Positions 37,100-46,795 of a stretch of DNA of 64,000 nucleotides are shown piece after piece (position 1 is the first letter of the stretch; every line of letters begins with the position of its first letter). The notes under the pieces were generated by a model, which saw only the letters and a list, made by a program, of their open reading frames with translations, was not told the DNA's origin and made no database searches. This stretch comes from Cyanophora paradoxa CCMP329 (taxonomy: Eukaryota; Plantae; Glaucophyta): NCBI GenBank assembly GCA_004431415.1, contig QPMI01000416.1, positions 744,001-808,000 on the forward strand. The letters run 5' to 3'. Made by a program: the position numbers and the translations under genes.

Positions 37100-38470
37100 C
37101 GGGCGCTCCCTGCATCCAGATCATGATCAGCCGCTTCGCCTGCTGCGGGAGATGCGCATGCGCATGACCATGATCAGGCGATCGCGAAGTAGAAATTTGA
37201 AGAAAAATCGAGGGCGACGGTCAACTTGAAAGCCTTTCTAGTACTAGTGTATGGAAACTCTAAATATCATAGCTATAGTATGGTGTGCGCACCGCGAGGT
37301 TTGTCACCGTCGTCGTCACCGTACACGCTACAGCTTGCCGCTTCCGGTATCAAAATGGGCGCGTAGCTTGATCGTGAGCCCGTGCTGGGCTGATCCGTAT
37401 CCATTGCAATTGCGACTGTATGACTTTAATGCACGTCCGATTGCTGGCCAAATGCCTCGGGGGCCAGGGCCTAGCCGGGCGCGCGGCTCACTGTTTGTAG
37501 TCAATCTTTCCAATTGCAAGACCGAACTGCAGCTGTCGGCTCAGAAGCTTGGCGGCCGCGGCAACTGCTGCGGGTCAAATTCAATGAAAAAGATTAGCAC
37601 ATGCAATGATACGACAGCCGCCGGGCGCAGAGTGAGCGTTTGACCATCGTATTCATGATCACGCTTTAAATTTAGATTGCATTTGCTCCGGCTGCTGGCG
37701 ATCCACAACGCACCTAGGCCTGGCGCACTTTCGCAGATGGCCAAGCTGCAACGGGTCGACGTCTCGGCCACGGCCGCGGCCGGCGCGGAAATGGCCGGGC
37801 GCGCGGATATCCGAATCGAGGAAATCCAGTCGCGTCGCATACGCAGCAGCTGAGCTGGTCACCAGTCGCTGCAGCTGCAACTCGTCGAGCGCTCTGCATA
37901 TTTCTGCCGCGGCGCGGCGATGCAATTGACGCTGCAGCTCATCATCGACGGCTGTTTCTTGCAGTTAACGATAACTTTCGCGAGTCAGCTGCTCATGGTC
38001 ATGATCGCTGAAGCTTCAGGCCCTGAAGCGCGCCTCGGCGGATGCGCGGCGCATGCTTTGCGCTACTAAAAGCTGAGATACGTATCGAACGATATGCCGC
38101 AGTGCCTTTAAAGGAAGGGCGTGACTCGAGAGACGACAGCAGTCGATCCGACGTCGACGTCGACGGCCTACTAGTACTTAAGCTTGTACTGCAGCAGGTT
38201 GCGCATGCGATCGTCGGCCGGCCTTCGCGGGTCCCAGAGCATGGCCTGCTCTTTCGAAGGCGCGTACGGGTACGGGGATCGGAACGTGTGTAGCACTTCC
38301 CAAAAGCTCTGTAGCACCTACACGAATTTTCCAACTCCGTTACCGTTGTTGTTTTTCAGTTTTTGTGCGCATTTGCAATATATTCCATGTATATTTACTT
38401 AATTTCGATGTATATGTATAATTAAAAAATTAAATGCTCATGATCATGCATCATGATCATGATTAAACAA
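37100..38470. repeat. Palindrome-saturated intergenic block 5 (possible decayed TE/coding remnant)
   Basis: tctagtactagt (~37237), ccgacgtcgacgtcgacgg (38148), tactagtacttaagctt (38169), tcatgatcatgcatcatgatcatga (38438). Confidence 0.8.
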
Positions 38471-38613
38471 GCCGCTTTACAAAAAATCATTTCAAAAATG
38501 ACCGAAATAAAAAGTCACCTGATCCGGATCCGGGTCGGCCCGGCCGGAGAGTCGGAGTCATCCGGGACTCATCCCTTCGCGATCATCGGATCGAAGCCCT
38601 TTGAAGCAAATCA

Positions 38614-38646
38614 CTAGAGGCTGTGGCCGGTAATTCACCAAAAAAA
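38614..38646 (+). mobile_element. 26-nt poly(A)-tailed insertion, copy 2, 6-bp TSD
   Basis: aaatca|ctagaggctgtggccggtaattcacc-aaaaaaa|aaatca (TSD at 38608-38613 and 38647-38652). Confidence 0.75.
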
Positions 38647-38689
38647 AAATCATTAAATTATAAAAATTAAAAGTTCAGTGTTAACGTTA

Positions 38690-38864
38690 TTTTTTTTTTA
38701 AGATCTACGGTGGGCGTGCCCACTCGTAGTACACAACGAGGATACAAGTCACGGTATCGGGAATCACAGGGATTCGAAGTACAACGTAGCGGAAACAGCA
38801 GGAACCGAACCCGGGAATCCGGGAGGTCGTAGCACGACCTTATACCACTGCGCTGTCCGGCCGC
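38690..38864 (-). mobile_element. Candidate tRNA-derived SINE
   Basis: Minus strand shows an A-box-like CAGCGCAGTGG, a perfect hairpin AGGTCGT-GCT-ACGACCT, a B-box-like GGGTTCGGTTCC, a ~100-nt tail ending in hairpin CTACG(A)GTGGGC-AC-GCCCAC-CGTAG, then A10. No TSD was found. Confidence 0.55.
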
Positions 38865-39307
38865 CGGGCGGTCATGCTCAGGTGCATGCATATGCATTAT
38901 ATAATGCATATCATAGTATTTCACAGTGGAGTGTCCTTGGAGTGTGAGCTGGGTGCGAAGTACTGTACTAGGTATCAAAAACTGGACAAAAATTAAAGCA
39001 TCCGATGATCCCCCCAACGTTAACTTGGCAACTTGGGCCCGGCAGGCTCCGGGAAGCCTTCGAGGAGGAGCACTTGACTCAGTGAAGCGCCAACCTGGGC
39101 GGTTGGGCCCCAAGTACTGCTCTGAAGGAACTGCTCTGAAGGGCGTGCGGCGTGCCGCCGGGCCGCGTGGGGCGGGGGCGCGGGGGTGGGGAAGGCTCAC
39201 AGGATGCATACGAGAGGAGGGGGCCGGGGCGTGGGGCGTCGAGAAGTCGACTCGGGCCCCGGGGAATCGGCGAAGGCGGCGGTACTACGGTATACATAGC
39301 GGTTGCA

Positions 39308-41918
39308 CTAGCCCTCCTCGGCGAGGGCGAGGGCTGAGAACGGGTTGGAGGGTCCCGCAGCGCGCCCCGCCTGCCCCCGGGCCGCCCTCTTCTCTCCTGC
39401 CGCGCCCTGCGCCGGCCCTTCGGGGGGCGGGGCGGGCCGCGTCGGCTTGCCGGGGAGCGTCACTCCTGCGAGGAGGGCCGAGCGCAGGGCCCCCCCGCAC
39501 GCCTCCCGCGCCCGCTGCGCCCCCTCCGCCGAGCCCCGCGCCTCCTCGTACCTGTACCCCCGGCTTCGGGACGCGGGCAGGCGGGGGCGGATGCACGGGG
39601 CCGGCGGGGCACGGTACCACGCAAAGGCGGCGGGGCCGTCGAAGGGGAGGACCTCCGGGGAGGGGGTACCGACGGGGAACCCCAGGCACTCGTTGAGGAG
39701 GAGGACGTGCTGTACCCCCGCCTGCAGCAGGGCGGCGGCGTGCAGGAAGGCCCGCCGCGCGGCCTGGCGCCCCGGGCCGGATCCGGCGGGCGGGGGCGGG
39801 GCGGCGGGGCGGCCCCCGCGGCGGCGCAGAGGAGGGCGTCCACCTCGTGGAGGCGGAGGGGCGGCTCCGGGCCCGAGAGGGCGAGCCGCAGCGCCACGGC
39901 CGACGCGAAGAGCGGGCACCAGCGCGCCGGGCGGGGCGCTAGCTCGGCCAGGCCGCCGGCGGCGAAGGCGGCGAGCAGGGCCCGCAGGCGCTCCGGCGCC
40001 GGGCGCGCGAGAAGCGCCGCGGCGGTCTCCCCGGGCGGCGCCGCCTCGTCGGCGGGGGCCCACTGCGGCGCGTACTCGCCGCCGGCGCGGGCGTACTCGG
40101 CGACGCGGCGGGGGGCCGGGGCGGGAGGAGCCAGGCGTAGAGGCGGCGGCGGGCGGGGAGGTACGCCCTGTGCGCCGAGGGCCGCGAGCCGTCCTCCAGC
40201 AGCACGCTCTGCCGCCGCCCCGCGCGCCCCGTAAGGAGCCCGCGGGGCCCGCGAGGGGGGGCGGGCACCAGCCAGAGCTCGCGGCGGCAGGCGACGGAGA
40301 TGAGGTCGGCGCTGTGGAGGCCCCGCCTACGCCGGCGCGATGCGCTCAGGGGCCCCCGCGGGGGCGGAACGGGGCGGCGCGGGGCGGCGCGGGGCGGCGG
40401 GGGCACCGGTACTCGTCGACGAAGCGGGGCCCGAGGGCGGCCGCCGCCCCCGCCTCCAGCTCCTCCGCCTCCCCTGCCCCGCCCGCCCCCCGTGGGCGCG
40501 CGCGAGGCGGCGCGGCCGGCGGGGCGCGCACGGTCGACGCAGGCGGCGCAGGCGTACTTGCCGAGGGCCCCCTCGAACGCCGCCCGCTCCCCTGCGCCCC
40601 GCGGAGCTCAGCCGCGCCGTCTGCTGCGTTTTCACGGGAGAGGGGCACCGGGGTCGGAGCCGAGGCGGGTGGCGAAGACCTCGGCGAGGGCGGCGGCGCG
40701 GGCGGCGGGGCCCTCCCCGCGCGAGTGGCGGGCGGCCCAGCGGGCGAGGGCCTCCAGGAGGCCCCAGCCCGTGCGGCCGGCCTCGGCGGCCGGCAGCAGG
40801 CCAGCGTGGGCGCGCCGCAGGACGGACTCCTCCAGGAAGTCGTTCCCCGCCAGGCACGCGAGCACTGGGAGCAGCGCCGCATCCACCCCCAGGCTCGCCG
40901 CCGTCCGCGCCGGACGGTACACCGCCATCTTTAGCACCCCCGTCTCCGAGTCGTGCGAGAGCGTCTCCAGGGGGGCGTACCTGAGCCCAACCCGCCGACC
41001 TCGGAAGGGGAGGGCGGGGGGGAGGAGGGGGAGGGGGTACAGGGCACCCCGGGAGGTCGGGAAACACGTAGAAATCGCTGTCGTTGCTCCAGACCATCGC
41101 GGAGCCTGCGGGGCCGTCGGCGGAAATGGGGTGGGAAGGGCAAGGGGGTACGGCACCGGTGGCGGGGTCGCAGGCGTAGCGGGCGATGGCAAGGTCGGCC
41201 TCCCCCGCGGTCTGGCGGAGGGGTACGCCCTCCGCGAGGAGGCAGTACCGGAAGACGTCGAGGGCGAGCAGCGGGAGGACCGAGCCGCTCGGCGAGTCCG
41301 CCCCAGCCCCGTCCAACAACTGCGGATCCGGAGCGGGGGTACGAGTGACGCGGGGCGGCGGGGGCGGCGGGGGCGGCGGGGGCGCGCGTGCGCACGCGGT
41401 TGGCGCGGCGGATGGACTCTGCGCCTCGCCGCACGACCGTCGCGCGCTTGATCTCCTCGACGGTCCCGTCCATGAACACCACCTGCGCCCCCCCCCGGCG
41501 TCGGCACCGCCCGCGGGCGCCCCCGGGGCGCAGGCGCGCACCGGGTCGACGCCGCACTCGATGACCGTGCGGAAGAAGTGCTGCACCGCCTGCCGCCCCC
41601 GCGGGAGGAGAGTCAAGAGGGCGAGCTCGAGGCGTAGGGCGGCAGGCGGGGGCGCGCGCGCGCCTGCGCAAATGCAGGGTAGGAACCCGCCAGCCCGACA
41701 TCGAGGTCTGGCGTGTTGTAGTACAGGTGGAAGCAGAGCGAGCTGCGGAGGTCGAGCGGCGGTGTGAGCTGGGCGGCGGCGGCGGATCGCGCTGGCAAAT
41801 CAGCGAACTTTCCGTCGATGACAACGTGAAGACGTTTGCTGGTGCCGCTCCGAAGGCGCAGCTCCTCGCCGGCGTCCTTGCGGTTCCGCAGCCAAGTGTG
41901 CAGACCGCGGACCCCCAT
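39308..41918 (-). CDS. Asteroid (ASTE1)-like XPG/PIN-family nuclease
   Basis: MGVRGLHTWL...LHVVIDG, VVFMDG, KRAT, GEADLAIARYA, VWSNDSDFYVF and LACLAGNDF are the conserved acidic motifs of the Asteroid/XPG group. Confidence 0.85.
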
Positions 41919-42170
41919 CCGCCTAGCGCTTGCGCCGCCGTCGGCCAGTACCGCTTCTAGTGCTCCTCGCCGGCCTCCCGCAGCAGCGATCGAAAGCCGA
42001 GCGCTCGGGCCGGGCGCGAGCCCGCTTAGATGCCGCGCGGCGGGCGTGCGGACTCGGCTCGCTACGTGCGTCTGCGCATATCCTAAATCCGGGAGCGTGA
42101 GAGGGACGCGCCAGCGAGGTCCGCCACGCCGTAATGACGCGGTATCCCCCCGTCAAGCGCTTCAAAGCTG

Positions 42171-42240
42171 CGCTTGTCTGAGCTTGACAGAGCTTGTCAG
42201 AGCTTGAGGCTGCTTCACAGAGCTTGTCTGCGCTTGAGCT
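42171..42240 (+). repeat. Degenerate 10-bp tandem repeat (agcttgtcag-like x7) upstream of an F-box ATG
   Basis: cgcttgtctg agcttgacag agcttgtcag agcttgaggc tgcttcacag agcttgtctg cgcttgagct. Confidence 0.8.
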
Positions 42241-42296
42241 CGAGCCGGCGGTAGCTGCAGCCCCGCAGGCGCGTTTCTGCGGCGATCGAGCGCGGC

Positions 42297-44008
42297 ATGG
42301 AGCAGGATCAGGCGGCGGCGGCGGGCGCGTCGCTGTTGGACCTGCCCGACGACATCCTCGTTCACACCCTGCAGCTCGTCGGCTTCGCGTCTGCGTGGGC
42401 CGCGCGGCGCGCTTGCCGCCGCCTCCGCGACGCCGTGGAGCGCGGCGTGCGTGCTGGCGAGCTGCGGGCAGCGGCGGACGACCCGGCCGCGCTGGAGCTG
42501 CTGGCGGCGCTGGTGCGGGCGGGGCGCGTGCGGGCGGACGCGGTGAGCATCACGTTGGAGCAGGGACGGCGCCGGGCGACGCGCGACGCGCTGCTGCGGC
42601 TGTTCCGCGCGGCGGCGGCGGTGGTGGAGGCCTGCGCGGCCTCCGCAACCGCGGCGGAGAGCTTCGAGGCGACGCTGACGCTCAAGGACAACGTGCTGAC
42701 GGTGGACCTGTTCGAGGAGGCGCTGCGCGGCTCGCCGGAGTTCGGGCGGCTGACCGGCCTGCACCTCCCCTTGAAGCTGGAAGTCCACGAGGGGACGGCG
42801 GAGGACATCGCCGCGCGCTGCCCGCGGCTGCGGCGGCTCGGCTTCGCGCTCTCGTGGCGGTGGAGCTCGTGGTTCGGGGGCCGCATCTTCGGGCAGCTGG
42901 CGGCGCTGCCGCTCGAGGAGCTCGCCGTCGCGTGCCGCACGGACCGGCAGGCCGGCCACCTCCAGGCCCTCGTCGGCACGCCCGCCGGCGCCTCCCTCCG
43001 CCTCCTCGACCTCGGGCGAGCCGCCGGCCCCGCGCCCCGCGCCCCGCGCCCCGCCGCCTCTGCCTCCTGATCATGACGCCCGCGCGCCGCAGGGACGAGG
43101 TGTGGCTGGACGACGAGACGCGGGGCGCCCTGCTCTCCTTCCCCTGCCTCGAGCGCGTCGCCTCCAAGCTCGTCGTCCCGTGCGCCGCGCCCGCGCGCCG
43201 GCGCGCCGGCGCGCCCCGCGCTCAGACGCTCGGGCGTGGACGCACGCAGGCCGCACACAGTGGAGGCGCTGCTGGAGGGAATCGCGGGGCACGGGGCGCT
43301 GCGGGAGGTGCGCCTCGTGCTCCGAAGCCCCGACCCGAGCTTCGTGCAGTTCTTCGGGGAGGCCCTGCCCCGCTCCCGCCTCACCGACCTCCACCTCGAG
43401 CTCGACCTGACCCTCCTCCTCCACCTCGCCATCGGCGACATTCGTGCGCGCCGACTTCGACGTCGGTCGCTCGCCTGCGCCGCCCCTCTCACCGCCGGGG
43501 CCCGGCAGACTACCGCCTGTGCTCGCTGGTGCCCCTCTTCGAGGGCGCGAGGGCCGCCCTCCGCAGCCTCCGCCTCGCCCTGGGCAGGCCCCTCTCCCCC
43601 GCGGAGCTCGCGGCGCTCGCCGCCTGCGGGCCCCGCCTCGAGGCGGTCTGCCTCTCCGTTCCCCCCGAGGAGGAGGGGGACGAGGGGGGGGAAGCCGGGG
43701 AGGAAGGGGGCGACGGGGAGGCGCGCAAGGCCCGCCCCCGCCCGCCCCCGCCCGCCCCGCCCCGCCCCGCCCCGCCGCGCCCGGTCCTGACGCTGGGCTC
43801 CGCGCAGGCGACTCGCCCGCTCGCGCCGCCCGGGCGGGGGTCCCATCGACGGGGTCCCCCGCGGCGGCCCGCGCTCTCCCCCCTCGAGGAGCTCCAGCGC
43901 GCCCTCCCCGCCGCCCGCCTCGAGCTGCTCAGAGCCAAACCCCGAGCTGCACGCTTCTGCCAGCTGCTGCTGCCTGCCGATGCCTTCGAAGATCCATTCG
44001 TGCAATAA
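42297..44008 (+). CDS. F-box/LRR-like protein
   Basis: SLLDLPDDILVHTLQLVGFASAWAARRACRRLR, IAARCPRLRRLGF and LAALPLEELAV. Ends DPFVQ*. Confidence 0.8.
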
Positions 44009-44151
44009 AGCTCTCGCCATCGAGCAACGCGAATCGAAGCTCAAGCTTAAGCTCTCTGCGCGTGCCCGCGGCCCGTGCATGCAGGAGCCAGGCCCGAGAG
44101 GCGGAAGGGCTCGAAATTTCCAAGGCCGGGCGCGGCTTGCGTGCTGCCAAG

Positions 44152-45238
44152 TCATGGCCAAAGCTGCTGTTCAACGGTTGTCTGCGACACGTCACTGGTC
44201 CGAGTGGAAGGCGACGGAGCAGGGGGCCGGGAGGGCGCGGCGGGCGGCGGCGGCGGCGGCGGGGCCCCGGGGCCGGCGACGCGGAGGGCCTGGAGGCGGC
44301 GGAGGGGAGCGAGGGCGGGCGCCCCGGCCTCGTCGAGCCCCGCCAGCCGCAGCGCCCGCAGCCCCGGCAGCGCCCCCGCCGCCCCCACCAGCGCCGCAGC
44401 CGGGGCTGGGCCGGCGGGGCCCGGCGGGCCGAGGCGCAGGGCGCGGAGGGAGGGGGCGAAGGGGGCGAGGAGGGCGCACCAGCGGGGGGCGTCCCAGGCG
44501 GGGGTACGAGGCCGACCTCGAGGGACTCGAGGGGCGCCCCCGCGAGGGCCCCAGCAGCGCCGCGAGGGCCTCCGCCTCGTCGGCCGCCCCCGCCAGCTCC
44601 GGGCCCAGCGCCCGCAGCTCCCCCGCGTCCGGCCAGGCCAGGAACGACGGCCGCGAGAGGCGCGCCGCCCGCAGGCCCGGCGCGAGCCGCGCGGCGAGGG
44701 CGGCGGCGGCGCGGGGCGCGTCGACGGCGGCGGCGCGGGCGAGGGCGCGGCTGCCGGCCCAGTCGAGGGGCAGCTCGGGCTCCCCGCGGCTGTCCACGGA
44801 GTACGCGCCGTAGAGGAGGAAGCCAGGGACGTTGTACCCCAGGTGGAGGGAGAGGGCGGGGGTTGGAGGCAGGAGGCCGGCGCCGTGGAGGCGCGCGAGG
44901 GCGCGGCAGGCGGCGGCGAGGCGGGCGGGGTCGGAGGAGAGGGGCCGCAGGTCGAGGTGCGGCCAGGGGACGCCCCCGAGCAGCGCGCGCGTGCGGCGGT
45001 CGAGGGCGAAGAGGCGGGAATCGAGGAGCGCGTCCACCGGGTCGAGCAGTGCGAGGATCGCCTGCAGCACAGCGTCCGGCAGCAGCTCCAGCGGGTTCTT
45101 CTCAGAGGTCGCCGCCTCGCTGACCGCCGCCTGCAGTCGCACGGGGCGTCGGCGCGCGGGAGCGGCGGGAGCGACCGCGCGGACCTCGTCTGCGGCCTCG
45201 AGGCCCCCGGGCTCGGGCTGCGAGAACCAGGCGCCCAT
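44152..45238 (-). CDS. F-box/LRR-like protein with N-myristoylation-type start; apparent 1-nt indels in C/G runs near 44550 and 44500
   Basis: Starts MGAWFS. F-box NPLELLPDAVLQAILALLDP. The LRR-like text (LESLEVGL, PSLRALRL, LPGLRALRL) continues only after frame shifts in homopolymer runs, which could be sequence error or pseudogenisation. Confidence 0.7.
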
Positions 45239-45240
45239 CC

Positions 45241-45477
45241 TCAGTCGCTCCTGCGGCGCGTCGTTGTCTGGTCGGGCTCGGTCGCCATGCGCCACATCCA
45301 GAAGCCCAAGGCGAGGAGATCTGCAGAATCGTGGCTTCAGGCGGCGCGGAAGCATCGATCGAGCTCTGACGCAGTAGATGCGGGCGCACGCAAGACGACA
45401 ATGGTGCCGACGACCGCGTACAGCGTTGAGTGCTCGCGCACGGCCTTTCGGACAGCCTCGTCCACAGCGCTCGCCAT
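45241..45477 (-). CDS. 55-aa single-pass membrane microprotein (2 exons)
   Basis: Removing a GTGCGC...CTGCAG intron that contains an in-frame stop gives MASAVDEAVRKAVREHSTLYAVVGTIVVLHLLALGFWMWRMATEPDQTTTRRRSD*, with one continuous TM helix across the junction. Confidence 0.7.
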
Positions 45478-45596
45478 TCGATGCTCGCGCGGGGCGCTCG
45501 GCGAGCGATGCTCGGATGCCAGACGGATGCCGTCGGATGGCGCTCGAGGGGTACTGATCAACTTCGGAGCTCAGCGCCGCTGTGCGCATGCATGCG

Positions 45597-46752
45597 ATGG
45601 CGTCGGTTAGTTTAGCGGTCGCGTTTACAGTCTTTCCAACGGTGCGCGGAGCCCGACGACGGCAGACGCCGACGAGCCGCGCGCGTATGCGTGCGCGCCT
45701 CTGTTGAAACGCCTCCTGCCCCGCGCGCAGGCGCGGCCCGACACGCTGCTCAGACGAGCGCCGCAAGTGCCGCTGCAGCTCAGCGTGGGTCGCCGTCGTC
45801 CTCGCACGCTACGATGCTCCGCACATGCTGATCAGCAGCCGAGCGCCGCGGGCCCCGCCGAGCAGCCAGACTCAGCGCCGGCACAGCGTGCGGCGCGCAA
45901 GCTAGCGGACATTCCGAGGCGGCCGGTGCTCGACGAAGGCACCGGCGCCGTCTCGTGGGAGTTTGACGGCGCGGTGCGGGCGTCGGTGCTCGCCGTCTCG
46001 GACGCGGCGGGGCGCGTTCAGCACGTGTCGTTCAGCCGCAACGGCTTCGAGGCGCTCCGCCGCGCCGTCTTCCGCGGCCTCGGCCGCGCCCGCTTCTACC
46101 AGGTGCACGTGCTTAACATTTCTGTTTCTTTGAACGACGTTTCCTGTTTGACCCGGTGACCGGCGCGCAGGTTGAACACTACTACGAAAAGCCCACGAAC
46201 TTCGTTCTCGACGCTATCCAGCGCCAGGCGCACGGGTCCCGCCCCGGCCCCCCGGACCCTTTCGAAAAACCAACGTACCCGCTGCAGTGGCTCGACGAGC
46301 TCGGCGAGGTACCCCCCGGCAACGGCCCCGAGCGCGCCACTTGGGAGGAGCCCATACCCATCCGCGAGCGCCTGACTCCCTCCGAGCGCGCCGCCTTCAT
46401 GGACGCCGAGTGCGCTGTACCCCCCGCCCCGCCTTGCACGCACCCCGCCGACGGCCCGCCAGGGAGGAGGAGGAGTGGCGGGCCGTGCTCACCGCGGCGG
46501 GGGAGCGGCTCCTGCTGGAGCGCCTGCAGGCCCGCCCCCACCCGTACCCGGCCCCCTCCCACGCCCTCACCCCTCCCCCCCTCACTTTCGGCGCAGGAGC
46601 TGGAGGCGCTGGGGTGCCGGGAGCCCTTCGAGGCGGACGAGGGGCTCCTCCGGAGGGGCCTGCTGGACCCCGCCCCCCGCACCGCCACCCGCTGCGGGCC
46701 GCCCCGCCTCGCCCGGCCCGCCCAGGCCCCTGCGCCTGCCCCCGGGCCTTGA
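45597..46752 (+). CDS. Probably plastid-targeted GIY-YIG-like protein (cyanobacterial/GrxS16 N-domain type), catalytic motif degenerate
   Basis: MASVSLAVAF presequence, then SVLAVSDAAGRVQHVSFSRN, WLDELGEVPPGNGPERATWEEPI, LTPSERAAF and LEALGCREPF...LLRRGLLD, which parallel the cyanobacterial family. The 3' end is uncertain. Confidence 0.7.
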
Positions 46753-46795
46753 GAATGCGGTGTACTGTACAGGGACGGGCTCGAGCGGGGCGGGG

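Noticed and set aside
26059-38646. The two inverted 26-mers as terminal inverted repeats of a 12.6-kb transposon
   Set aside because: Each copy has its own flanking TSD and poly(A), and the interval holds housekeeping genes with no transposase.
38790-38864. Functional tRNA gene
   Set aside because: There is no proper acceptor stem or 7-nt anticodon loop. It is treated as a SINE head instead.
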